Assembly (NCBI GenBank): GCA_963786105.1
Contig: CAWAXX010000017.1
Coordinates: forward strand, 160,001-224,000
Reading direction: 5' to 3'
DNA length: 64,000 bases
Origin: Vulcanimicrobiota bacterium
GTDB lineage: Bacteria; Vulcanimicrobiota; Vulcanimicrobiia; Vulcanimicrobiales; Vulcanimicrobiaceae
The notes below the pieces were generated by a model that saw only the letters and a program-made list of their open reading frames with translations, searched no databases and was not told the origin of the DNA. Below, piece by piece: positions 1 to 8,869 of the stretch. Positions within the stretch are counted from its first letter, which is position 1, and every line of letters begins with the position of its first letter. A program made the position numbers and the translations under genes.

Positions 1-21
1 GGATGGCGCAACAACTCATGA
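1..21 (+). CDS. 3' end of putative trp leader peptide (...G-W-R-N-N-S-stop), truncated by the window edge
   Basis: GGA TGG CGC AAC AAC TCA TGA: a Trp codon in a short ORF overlapping the first hairpin of an attenuator upstream of trpE. Confidence 0.6.
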   Translation, partial: GWRNNS

Positions 22-90
22 ATTCGTGAGGTTGTAACGCCATTGCGCCGCCGCACTTTTGCCGACCACCTCACTCGAGGTGGTTTTTTA
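3..90 (+). promoter_or_regulatory. trp transcriptional attenuator (mutually exclusive 1:2, 2:3 and 3:4 hairpins)
   Basis: 1:2 = ATGGCG..ACAACTCATG / CGTGAGGTTGT..CGCCAT (3-43); 2:3 = GTGAGGTTGT (26-35) with ACCACCTCAC (65-74); 3:4 is the terminator. Confidence 0.8.
64..90 (+). terminator. Intrinsic terminator of the trp attenuator
   Basis: ACCACCTC-ACTC-GAGGTGGT stem-loop followed by TTTTT. Confidence 0.85.
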
Positions 91-121
91 TTGGTCTTCC
101 TGCCTTCGGGAGAATGTCGTC

Positions 122-1552
122 ATGCCCTCAATCGCAGATCGGCTCGAGGTCGACGTTCGGGAGCTCTCTGCCGCGGAGCTGACGCCGGCGTCCGCGTATG
201 AAGCACTGCGCGGTTGCGGTAGCGGCGCACTCGTCGAAAACGCCGCAAGAGCGAAAGGTGGTGCACCCGACGCGCTGATCGCGTTGGATCCGATTGAGAC
301 GATGGTGCACAACGACGATCCGGGCATGCTGGAAAAGATCCGGTCGACCTTCGAACGGTATCGGCTCGCCCTCGCATCGCCGCCGCCAGGTTACGGCTTG
401 ATCTGCGCGTTCGCATACGATGCGGCCCTGGCAATTCACGGCATCGCGGCGAGACCGCGAGCAAACCGGTTTTTTGGTGACGCCTGCGCGTTCGTTCCGG
501 GAACGTGGGTATGGTTCGACCCGGATGCGGGCCGCGTGTCGCTGGCGGGGATATTCGGCAGCCGCGCGGAGCAGATCGCGGTAGCCCGGCGGCTCGACGA
601 ATACGTTCGCCGTCTGTCGAACGTTGCGCGCAAAGCGAATCCTTCGACTACGCGCCTGCGGCGCTCCGCTCAGGATGACACCACTACGCGCCTGCGGCGC
701 TTCGCTCCGGATCAACAGGAAATTTCGGCGTCGCTCTCACGGCGTGCTTTTCTCGCCAGAGTTGCGAAGGCGCAACGCGCGATCAGGCGCGGTGACGTGT
801 ACCAACTCGTCGTGGGCATCCAGTTTTCGTGCCCCTATCGCCACGATGCGCTCGCGTTGTACGAGCGCTTGTCGGTGCGAAATCCTTCGCCGTGCAAGTT
901 CTTAATCGAACTCGGCGGCCGCGCGCTGGTGGGTGCGTCGCCGGAGTTCCTCGTGCGTCTCGAAGGCCGGCGTGCGGAGGTTCGGCCGCTGGCCGGAACG
1001 CGCCAGCGCGGAGAAACGGCGGAACGCGATGCAGATTTGGCGGCCGAGCTGCGCGGCGACGCGAAGGAGCGAGCCGAACACGTGATGCTGGTCGACTTGG
1101 GTCGCAACGACCTATCCCGCGTATGCCAAGTGGGCAGCGTTCGCGTCGACCGAGCGCTTGCGCTCGAACGCTACAGCCACGTCATGCACCTCGCTTCGCA
1201 GGTGTCGGGCCGACTTGCGGACGGACGCGATGCGTTCGATTTGTTTGGAGCGACGTTTCCAGCCGGCACCGTTACCGGAACCCCCAAGCGCCGGGCGATG
1301 GAGTTGATCGAGGCGCTCGAGCCGACGGCGCGAGATGCGTATGCGGGTAGCGTCGCCCACTTTCGTTTCGACGGATCGCTCGACGCTGCGCTAACGCTGC
1401 GCAGCATCGTGCTCGCCGGCGATCGAGCGATCTGGCAGGCCGGCGCGGGAATCGTACATCCCAGCGATCCCGCGTGCGAATACGCCGAAGTGCTGGCAAA
1501 GGCGAGGATTTCACGCATCGTGCTCGGTCTGGAGGAAGCCGGCGTTGCGTAG
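122..1552 (+). CDS. trpE: Anthranilate synthase component I
   Basis: EHVMLVDLGRNDL, YSHVMHL, TFPAGTVTGTPK and QAGAGIV motifs; followed by trpG and trpC; start ATG 122 chosen after GGGAG. Confidence 0.88.
   Translation: MPSIADRLEVDVRELSAAELTPASAYEALRGCGSGALVENAARAKGGAPDALIALDPIETMVHNDDPGMLEKIRSTFERYRLALASPPPGYGLICAFAYDAALAIHGIAARPRANRFFGDACAFVPGTWVWFDPDAGRVSLAGIFGSRAEQIAVARRLDEYVRRLSNVARKANPSTTRLRRSAQDDTTTRLRRFAPDQQEISASLSRRAFLARVAKAQRAIRRGDVYQLVVGIQFSCPYRHDALALYERLSVRNPSPCKFLIELGGRALVGASPEFLVRLEGRRAEVRPLAGTRQRGETAERDADLAAELRGDAKERAEHVMLVDLGRNDLSRVCQVGSVRVDRALALERYSHVMHLASQVSGRLADGRDAFDLFGATFPAGTVTGTPKRRAMELIEALEPTARDAYAGSVAHFRFDGSLDAALTLRSIVLAGDRAIWQAGAGIVHPSDPACEYAEVLAKARISRIVLGLEEAGVA
641..712 (+). 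repeat. REP-like repeat, one full unit plus a degenerate second unit, in frame inside trpE
   Basis: CCTTCGACTAC-GCGCC-TGC-GGCGC-TCCGCTCAGGATGACA, then CACTACGCGCCTGCGGCGCTTCGCTCCGGAT. Confidence 0.85.
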
Positions 1553-2138
1553 ATCGGTCTTACTCGTGGACAGCTACGATTCGTTTACCCAGAATATCGC
1601 GCACGCGATGGCCATGATGGGTCCCGCCGTTGACGTCGTGACCGTCGACGACGTCGGTCCGAAAGACATGGTCCGATGCGACGCCGTCGTCCTAGGTCCT
1701 GGCCCGGGCGCGCCGCACGACGGCGACCGTCTCGCGCAAATTTTGTTGCAGACGATCGAAGCCGGGCTACCGGCATTGGGCATCTGTTTGGGAATGCAAG
1801 CAATCGCGCGCTATTACGGCGCGCGCGTCGTTCGAGCTCCGCGACCGGTACACGGTGAAGTTGCCACCGTCGATCACGACGGACGAGGACTCTTCGAAGG
1901 CATTCCGTCCCCGTTACGGGCGATGCGGTACCACTCGCTCTGCGTTGCGCCCGAGACGCTTCCCGCGACCCTGCGCGTTAACGCCACCAGCCGGGACGGC
2001 GTCGTTCAAGGAATCCACGATTGCGAACGTCCGGTCTATGGACTGCAGTTCCATCCGGAGTCGTTTTTGTCCGAGCACGGCAGCGCCCTATTGGCCAATT
2101 TTCTGGCGCGCTCGCGGGAAACGGCACGTGCCGGTTAA
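1545..2138 (+). CDS. trpG: Anthranilate synthase component II (glutamine amidotransferase)
   Basis: DSYDSFT, GPGPG, GICLGMQ, RYHSL and QFHPES motifs. Confidence 0.9.
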   Translation: MRRSVLLVDSYDSFTQNIAHAMAMMGPAVDVVTVDDVGPKDMVRCDAVVLGPGPGAPHDGDRLAQILLQTIEAGLPALGICLGMQAIARYYGARVVRAPRPVHGEVATVDHDGRGLFEGIPSPLRAMRYHSLCVAPETLPATLRVNATSRDGVVQGIHDCERPVYGLQFHPESFLSEHGSALLANFLARSRETARAG

Positions 2139-2982
2139 CGTGCTCGAACGGATCTACGCGTCAAAGGCGGCGGCGCAGGATCTTGAAATGATGCGCGAAC
2201 CGTACGAAGCTCTGCGATCGCGTGCGCTGAAGCGGACGAACGGACGCCGGCCGTTTCTCCAAGCGCTCTGCCGGAAGCCGAATCTGGCGGTCGTCGCCGA
2301 GGTTAAGCGCGCGTCACCATCGGCCGGGCTCATCGCCAAGGCCTTCGATCCGCGGCGGATCGCAAGAGACTACGAGGCGGCTGGTGCCGCGGCGATCAGC
2401 GTGCTTACGGAAGAAGAACATTTTCTCGGCAGTTTGTCGTACCTCGACCTAGTTCGAAGCGTGACGTCGCTCCCGCTTCTGCGAAAAGATTTTCTCTGGA
2501 CGAGGTACCAGGTCGCGCAATCGGCGGCTCGCGGCGCAGACTGCATTTTGTTGATCCTTGCCGGCATAGACGACGGAGCGCTGCACGACTGCCTCGACGA
2601 GGCGCGCCGGTACGCCCTCGACGTGCTGGTTGAAGTACACGACGAGGCAGACCTAGCACGGGCAAAAGCGGTTGGAGCGGACCTCATAGGCATCAACAAT
2701 CGCGATCTCCGGACCTTCGCGATCGACCTTGGGGTGAGCGAACGTCTGTTGCCGAGCGTGCCGTCCGGCGTTTTCGCGATGAGTGAGAGCGGCATACGAT
2801 GCGGCTTGGATGCCGCTCGCGTGCGCCGGGCCGGGGCGCGGGGGCTTCTGATCGGCGAGTCGCTGATGCGAGCCGCCGACCCAGGTGTATTTATCGCAGG
2901 GCTGACTTCTGCGATTGCGCTACGGAAAGACCGGAAAGGCCAGAAAGACGACGCCCAGCAAAGCGATGAATCCTCCGCTTAA
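2128..2982 (+). CDS. trpC: Indole-3-glycerol phosphate synthase
   Basis: AEVKRASPSAG, ISVLTE, LRKDF, GINNRDL and SESGI motifs; GTG start overlapping the trpG end. Confidence 0.92.
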   Translation: MPVNVLERIYASKAAAQDLEMMREPYEALRSRALKRTNGRRPFLQALCRKPNLAVVAEVKRASPSAGLIAKAFDPRRIARDYEAAGAAAISVLTEEEHFLGSLSYLDLVRSVTSLPLLRKDFLWTRYQVAQSAARGADCILLILAGIDDGALHDCLDEARRYALDVLVEVHDEADLARAKAVGADLIGINNRDLRTFAIDLGVSERLLPSVPSGVFAMSESGIRCGLDAARVRRAGARGLLIGESLMRAADPGVFIAGLTSAIALRKDRKGQKDDAQQSDESSA

Positions 2983-3687
2983 GACTTCGCCGTACCGCTC
3001 GACGGGACCCAGGTTCATTTTTTGAGCGCTTCGCGCGGATAAGACGCATACGATCGCGTACGTCGCGATCGTCGAGAACGCGAAGACCAGCGCCATCGTG
3101 AGTAAGAGCCCGATGCCGTACCGGCTCGCCGCGAAAAACGCCGGTATACCTTCGACCATCGGAGACGAGCCGACGATCAGCAGCAGCGCGGTCCGCGCCG
3201 ACGTATCGTGAGCGTGTTCGTGAGCTGCTTTCGACGGGCCGGTACCGGCGTGCCAGTCATCTTCGTGGTGCTCGTGCCAGTGGCGATGTTCGAGGCCTTC
3301 GTGTCGATGGACGTGAGCGTGGCCGTGGTGCGAGTGGCCATGAGAACGGTCGTGCCGGCGGATGTCGCGTAGGCTACTCGAGGCAATCCACCCTCCGAAG
3401 ACGACGAGCGCGATGCTCGAGAGCGTCGAAACGAGGTGGCCATAGTGCAGCGCCAGACCGGCCCCTGCGAGCCAAAATACGATCGCGATCGCCAGCGTCG
3501 AAATCGTATGACCCATTCCGGCAACGGCCGCAGTGCGTGCCGTTTGCGCCACCGTCCATCCTCGTTGTCGTGCGAGCAGCGCAATAGGCGCCCAATGGTC
3601 CGGAACGAGTGTGTGGAGAACGCCGACGAGAGCTACGGCTAAGACCAACAAGTAGGCTGATGCGCCGGACACGCATTCACAATTCAC
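2920..3687 (-). CDS. Nickel/cobalt transporter-like membrane protein (NicO/RcnA-like) with His-rich loop
   Basis: HTLVPDHW and GHT motifs, several TM helices, HGHSHHGHAHVHRH loop; start uncertain. Confidence 0.7.
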   Translation of the reverse strand: MNCECVSGASAYLLVLAVALVGVLHTLVPDHWAPIALLARQRGWTVAQTARTAAVAGMGHTISTLAIAIVFWLAGAGLALHYGHLVSTLSSIALVVFGGWIASSSLRDIRRHDRSHGHSHHGHAHVHRHEGLEHRHWHEHHEDDWHAGTGPSKAAHEHAHDTSARTALLLIVGSSPMVEGIPAFFAASRYGIGLLLTMALVFAFSTIATYAIVCVLSARSAQKMNLGPVERYGEVLSGGFIALLGVVFLAFPVFP

Positions 3688-3728
3688 GCAACCGTCACGA
3701 TATCCCGCGCTCGAGCGCTGGGCGTTCC

Positions 3729-4460
3729 ATGCGGGTCTTGGCGCTGGCGGCGGCTCTACTCGCCTTCGTGGCGGCGACGGCTCCGCGCGAACTCGTCTAC
3801 ACGTATTCGTTCGAGAGCGATCGGCGCGACGAATCGGACAAGGCGTACGGGAGCGATAAAATGGACCCCGGTGGCGGCGGGACGTTTCTGTTCCGTAACG
3901 TCAATCAGCATTACCGGTCGCCGAGTTTCGACGGACCGCAGTCGCGCTCGGGTTCGATCGAGGTGCGCGTGGAACGCGAGCAGCCCGGCGGCGGATTGGT
4001 ACTTGCGGTGCGCGAGTTCCCGGCGCCGGCAGCCGGTGCCGATCCGGTCACGTGCGTAGCCTTCGGTGACACTACGGTCGTGTGCGATCCCAGCCGCGAC
4101 GTAACCCCCGAAGTATCGACGCTTTTGGCGACGCTGGGAACCGGCTTTGTCGACGCCTCGCGTCTCGACGCCGCGCGGCACTGGCGCATCGATCCGCGCG
4201 CGGACTATGGGACGATCGCCGACTTTTCGATCGTCCGCAGTGCCGGCACGGTGTTGGAGATCGACGAAACGGGCGTCCGCACGCGGAGCGGGTCACCTCG
4301 CAAGACGACGATCGGCGCCACGATCGAATACGATGCGGCGCGCTCCGTGCCGCTATCGCTCGATGCGTCGACCGTCGAACACGCCCAGCGGGGTGTCGTC
4401 TCCGAAACGATATCGACGCACACGACGCTAAAGCTCGAGACCGACACATCGCCTAGATGA
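3729..4460 (+). CDS. Secreted hypothetical protein
   Basis: N-terminal signal peptide MRVLALAAALLAFVAA; fills the intergenic space. Confidence 0.65.
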   Translation: MRVLALAAALLAFVAATAPRELVYTYSFESDRRDESDKAYGSDKMDPGGGGTFLFRNVNQHYRSPSFDGPQSRSGSIEVRVEREQPGGGLVLAVREFPAPAAGADPVTCVAFGDTTVVCDPSRDVTPEVSTLLATLGTGFVDASRLDAARHWRIDPRADYGTIADFSIVRSAGTVLEIDETGVRTRSGSPRKTTIGATIEYDAARSVPLSLDASTVEHAQRGVVSETISTHTTLKLETDTSPR

Positions 4461-4467
4461 CGCGGCG

Positions 4468-6099
4468 CTAGATGCTCCATTGCCAAGCGTTCCAGGATTC
4501 GGTGACCGGGTTGGGTTTGAACCCTTTGAAGTCCACGCTGATCGCTTCTTGCTGGCGCTGCCACCAGAAGAAGACGTAGGGATTGTCGCGCTCGAGCAGG
4601 TGCTCGATTCGACCGTACGCGACCGCGCGCATTGCTTGATCGTAGGTGTCGAGCGCTTTCTTCTGGGCGGCTTCCATATCGGGATTGCAGTAGCGTGCGG
4701 TATTATAGCCGCCCGGGGGAATCATCGCGCACGTGAACTGCGACGAGTCGTCGGGATCGATGCCTCCGTACCAGGGTGCTAAGGTTAGATCGAATTTTCC
4801 ACCCTGAACGATGCCGCCCATCGGAGCAGACGCATACAGAAGGTTCTGCGGGTAGTATTTAACTTCGACCTCGATCCCGATGCGACTCAATGCCTCCTGC
4901 ACCAGCAAGCTCTCTTCGCGATGGGTTGCGTTGGCCGTGTCGGTAGCCAGCAGAAGCTGCAGAGCGTGCCCGCCCTTGCGAGCGATCCCATCGTCGCCAT
5001 AAACGTAGCCGGCCCGGCTCAAGAGCTTTTTAGCGGCCGCCACGTCGTACGGATGCGACTTGACCGTCGGGTCGAACGCCCACATCCAGTCGGGAAGGTC
5101 TTCCGTCGCGACCTTGTCCACATCGTGCGTCAAACGGCTTACCAAGCCGGCCTTCTCAAAGGCGTGGGCGATAGCGAGCCGCACGCGCGGATCCGACAAA
5201 GCTGGATGCGAGACGTTGAACTGCAGGCCCTCAAACGCATTGGCGTTCACGAACACCAGCTTCGTGCCGGCGAGGTTCTTTAGCGCGGGATTCGTGCTGA
5301 CGGAGGGTTGATAAAAATAGTCGATCGCGTGCGTTTGCAGCAAGTTGATCGCCGTATTCTCGTCGGGTACGAATTCGATCAGCACGCGGTCGAGAGCGGG
5401 CTTCCTCTCAAAGAATGCGGCGTTCGCTTGAAGGAGGAGGCGATCGCCATGCGTCCACGAGACGAAGCGGAATGGTCCGTCGCCAACCACCGGAGCTTGG
5501 TTGAAGGCCATCTGATTGACGTTCGGATACTTCGAAAGCACGTGTGCCGGGACGACGTCGTAGGGCTGGTCGCTCTCGGCAAAAAACGTGTTGACGAACG
5601 GCGCGAAGCGGTGCTTGAGATGCACGACGACGGTGTGGGCGTCGGGGGTGTCGACGGCTCTCACCATGTCGTAGCCGTGACGCGAGATGACGTTATCGTT
5701 CGGATTGACGATCGCTTGCCAGGACCACCGCACGTCGGCCGAAGTAACCGGAATGCCGTCGGTCCACTTGGCATCCTGGCGCAAGTGGTACGTAATGGTG
5801 AGACCGTCGCGGCTGATTCCGCCATTTTCGGTCGTCGGAACCATAATCGCCAGCATCGGCAGCGGGTTTCCGCGCGGGTCGGCCGTCAGCAGCGGCTCGA
5901 ACATCAATCGGGCGATGAAGCCGTCGTTGGTGGTCACCGCGAGCAGAGGGTTGAGGCTCTTGGGTTCTTGCACCATGGCAACGCGGAGCACGCTCGGCTG
6001 CGTCCACGCGTGCCGGCCGGCCTGGGTGCCGGGCGAGCCGGCCTTGCTGCAAGCCGCAACCAGCACGGCGACAAGGCTGGCGACCGCGACCGCTTTCAT
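4468..6099 (-). CDS. Peptide/nickel ABC transporter substrate-binding lipoprotein (family 5)
   Basis: Lipobox VAAC; WTDGIPVTSADVRWS, GDGPFRF and DPRVRLAIAHA motifs. Confidence 0.88.
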   Translation of the reverse strand: MKAVAVASLVAVLVAACSKAGSPGTQAGRHAWTQPSVLRVAMVQEPKSLNPLLAVTTNDGFIARLMFEPLLTADPRGNPLPMLAIMVPTTENGGISRDGLTITYHLRQDAKWTDGIPVTSADVRWSWQAIVNPNDNVISRHGYDMVRAVDTPDAHTVVVHLKHRFAPFVNTFFAESDQPYDVVPAHVLSKYPNVNQMAFNQAPVVGDGPFRFVSWTHGDRLLLQANAAFFERKPALDRVLIEFVPDENTAINLLQTHAIDYFYQPSVSTNPALKNLAGTKLVFVNANAFEGLQFNVSHPALSDPRVRLAIAHAFEKAGLVSRLTHDVDKVATEDLPDWMWAFDPTVKSHPYDVAAAKKLLSRAGYVYGDDGIARKGGHALQLLLATDTANATHREESLLVQEALSRIGIEVEVKYYPQNLLYASAPMGGIVQGGKFDLTLAPWYGGIDPDDSSQFTCAMIPPGGYNTARYCNPDMEAAQKKALDTYDQAMRAVAYGRIEHLLERDNPYVFFWWQRQQEAISVDFKGFKPNPVTESWNAWQWSI

Positions 6100-6142
6100 A
6101 TACCTGGCACCTAATTGATAGCACGCCGCCGGAGCCCTTCGT

Positions 6143-6182
6143 CCTTCGACGGCGCTCTTTGCTCGCTCCGCTCAGGATGACA
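6143..6182 (+). repeat. REP-like repeat copy
   Basis: CCTTCGACGGCGCTCTTTGCTCGCTCCGCTCAGGATGACA in the divergent intergenic region. Confidence 0.85.
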
Positions 6183-6231
6183 CCGGGCGACAGGCTCGGG
6201 CCGTTGCGGGGCGGAACGGAAATCCCGACCC

Positions 6232-7677
6232 ATGGATTATCGTACGTACGCCTCGCCGTTCTCCTGGAGATACGGTCGCACGGCCCTTCGCTCGCTTTTC
6301 TCCGAACGCACGCGTCGCCGGCTGTGGCGCGCGGTTTGGGTCGCGCTGGCCGAAGCGCAGGGCGCCGAGGGACTCATCAGTGAGGCGGAAGTCGACGATT
6401 TGCGAGCGCAGGCACATCGTATCGACATCGGGGCGGCGTTGGAGATCGAGCGCGAGATCCACCACGATCTCATGGCCGAGATTGCGGTTTTTTCGTCGCA
6501 GGCGACGGTGGGAGGCGGCAAAATCCATCTCGGCGCGACCTCGATGGACGTCGAGGATACGGTCGAGACGTACCGGCTGCGCTTGGCTCTTGCGTGGATA
6601 GGCGAAAGCCTCCAGGAGCTGCTAAAAGCGTTCGGCGAGAAAATACGCCGGTACGCCGACGTCGTGTGCATGGGCTTCACGCATTTGCAGCCGGCCGAAC
6701 CGACGACGCTGGGGTACCGGCTGGCAGTCTACGCACAAGATCTTCTCATCGACGATGCCAACCTGCGCTTCGTTTTCGAAAACCTCACGACCAAAGGCTT
6801 GCGCGGCGCGGTCGGCACGGCCGCGTCGTACGAACGGCTGCTGGACGACTCCGGACGGTCGTCCGAGATCGAAGACTACGTCCTCGAACGGTTCGGGCTG
6901 GAAGCGCGCGAGATCAGTACCCAAACCTACCCGCGTAAGCTCGATTACTTGCTGCTCTCGGGTTTGGCCGGACTGGGGGCGTCGCTCTCGAAGTTCGCCG
7001 CCGACGTGCGGGTTTTGAGCAGTCCCGAGTTCGGCGAAATCGGCGAGCCGTTCGGTCGCGCGCAGGTCGGGAGTTCGGCCATGCCGTTCAAGCGCAACCC
7101 GATCCTGTGCGAACGGATCGATTCGCTGGCGCGCCTGCTGATCGGCTATAGCGATTGCGCGTGGCAGAATGCCGCGACGAATTTGCTCGAGCGGACCCTG
7201 GACGACAGCGCGAACCGCCGCACGATCTTGCCCGAAGCCATGCTGTGCACGGACGAGATCGTCTCGTTGGCGCGCCGGGTCGTCGAAGGACTACGCGTCG
7301 ACGAACGCCGGATCGCGCAAAACTTGCGAACGTACGGACCGTTTGCCGGGACTGAATCCGTGATGATGGAAGCGGTTCGATCGGGTGGCGACCGGCAACG
7401 GCTCCACGAGACGCTCCGGCTCGCTTCGATGGAATCCTGGGAGGCGTTGGCGCGCGGACAGGACAATCCGCTTTCGCGGTTGCTCACCGAGGACCGCGCC
7501 CTTACGACGTTGATCGACCCGGCGGAGATTCGCTTGCTGCTCGAACCGGGCAAGCACGTCGGTACGGCGCCTCAACGTGCGCGCCTGTTGGCAGACCGGA
7601 TCGAGCAGCTCGAACCGTTTCCCCGGCAAGAGGAAGTCACACTCACACACCCCCAGGATGACGTTACGGATGAATAA
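6232..7677 (+). CDS. purB: Adenylosuccinate lyase
   Basis: HLGATS, GFTHLQPAEPTT and GSSAMPFKRNP (fumarase/ASL signature) motifs. Confidence 0.93.
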   Translation: MDYRTYASPFSWRYGRTALRSLFSERTRRRLWRAVWVALAEAQGAEGLISEAEVDDLRAQAHRIDIGAALEIEREIHHDLMAEIAVFSSQATVGGGKIHLGATSMDVEDTVETYRLRLALAWIGESLQELLKAFGEKIRRYADVVCMGFTHLQPAEPTTLGYRLAVYAQDLLIDDANLRFVFENLTTKGLRGAVGTAASYERLLDDSGRSSEIEDYVLERFGLEAREISTQTYPRKLDYLLLSGLAGLGASLSKFAADVRVLSSPEFGEIGEPFGRAQVGSSAMPFKRNPILCERIDSLARLLIGYSDCAWQNAATNLLERTLDDSANRRTILPEAMLCTDEIVSLARRVVEGLRVDERRIAQNLRTYGPFAGTESVMMEAVRSGGDRQRLHETLRLASMESWEALARGQDNPLSRLLTEDRALTTLIDPAEIRLLLEPGKHVGTAPQRARLLADRIEQLEPFPRQEEVTLTHPQDDVTDE

Positions 7678-8869
7678 GGGCATCGAGATCGCGCGCGGCA
7701 AGACCAAGGTACTGTACGAGGTTCCCGGACAGCCGGCTCAATTGGTGGTCGCACAAACCGATCAAATTTCCGCGGGAGACGGAGCGCGCCGGCACGTGAT
7801 CTTAGGGAAGGGCCGCCTCGCGGCGCAGACGACCGCTCGCGTGTTCCGGCTGCTTAACCTGTGCGGGCTGCCGACGCACTACCTCAACGGCGGCGAAGAC
7901 GACGACGACAACGAGATGGTCGTGCGGCGCTGCAACATGATTCCGCTGGAAGTCGTAACCCGCGGCGTGGCTGCCGGATCGTTCGTCAAGCGTAATCCGG
8001 CCGCAGCCCGTGGCGCGCTGCTGGTGCCGCGGGTGGTCGAGTTCTTCGTGAAAGACGACGCCAACCACGATCCACTCATCGCACCCGATCAAATCGTCGC
8101 ACAGAACGTCGCGGCGCCGCACGAAGTGGCGACGATGACCGAGCTGGCGCGGTTGGTCTTCGATATACTTGCCCACGCCTGGCGCCGGCGCGATGTGATG
8201 CTGGTCGACCTCAAGATCGAGTTCGGACGGCTTGCGAGCGGCGAAAATCAGGGGCAACTAGTGATTGCCGACGTGATCGACAACGACTCCTGGCGTATCT
8301 GGCCGCAGGGTCGCGAAGATCTGATGCTCGACAAGCAGATGTACCGTAATCTCGAATCCGTCGACGATGAAGCCCTTGCAAACGTTAAGCGTGCCTACGA
8401 GCGAGTCGCCGAACTCGTCGGATCGTTTCCGGTGATGCGCCCCGGCATGGTGGCAATCGTCGCCGACTCCGCCGGCGGCGTGGAGCGAGCCAACGAAATC
8501 GCGGCCGCGCTGGGGCAGCTTGGCCTGCCGACGGTGCGTCACGTCGCGAGTCCGGCGACCACGCCGGGCTACGTGCTGCAACTCGTCCAACAAATCGAGA
8601 CGACCTTCGCACGGTTGGCGTTCGTATCGGTCGGCGAAGACGATCTGTTGCGCGCTATGCTGGATGCGGCATCATCGTCCCCGGTGCTCGACGGCGGCTT
8701 GGACCCCGCGCAGCTGGCGCTGCAATGCGCCAAGGTCTTCGGACTAGAAGACACGGTACTATTCGGGCGTACGCTGTTGATGCAGGCCAACGCGCGATCG
8801 AGCGTCATCGCGGCCGACTCGTCACTCCAGCAGCAAATGCAGGTTCCGCAGGGGGCGGTCATTGGTTAA
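7670..8869 (+). CDS. purC: SAICAR synthetase of PAICS type with a degenerate C-terminal PurE-like domain
   Basis: GKTKVLY, MIPLEVVTR, FFVKDDANHDP, LVDLKIEFG, ADVIDNDSWRIW and DKQMYR motifs; ~140 aa C-terminal extension. Confidence 0.9.
   Translation: MNKGIEIARGKTKVLYEVPGQPAQLVVAQTDQISAGDGARRHVILGKGRLAAQTTARVFRLLNLCGLPTHYLNGGEDDDDNEMVVRRCNMIPLEVVTRGVAAGSFVKRNPAAARGALLVPRVVEFFVKDDANHDPLIAPDQIVAQNVAAPHEVATMTELARLVFDILAHAWRRRDVMLVDLKIEFGRLASGENQGQLVIADVIDNDSWRIWPQGREDLMLDKQMYRNLESVDDEALANVKRAYERVAELVGSFPVMRPGMVAIVADSAGGVERANEIAAALGQLGLPTVRHVASPATTPGYVLQLVQQIETTFARLAFVSVGEDDLLRAMLDAASSSPVLDGGLDPAQLALQCAKVFGLEDTVLFGRTLLMQANARSSVIAADSSLQQQMQVPQGAVIG

Noticed and set aside
1855..2127. N-terminal extensions of trpC, purC, purS-like, purP-like, GAF, pstB and the esterase in the ORF track
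   Set aside because: They overlap upstream genes in another frame; internal starts near the upstream stop or with a clear signal fit better.
6100..6231. Purine or ZTP riboswitch upstream of purB
   Set aside because: No recognisable aptamer consensus; the region is largely occupied by the REP-like repeat. An Infernal/Rfam scan would settle it.
7654..7662. CAGGATGAC near the purB 3' end as another repeat copy
   Set aside because: Only 9 bp match and the rest of the unit is absent; compatible with chance.
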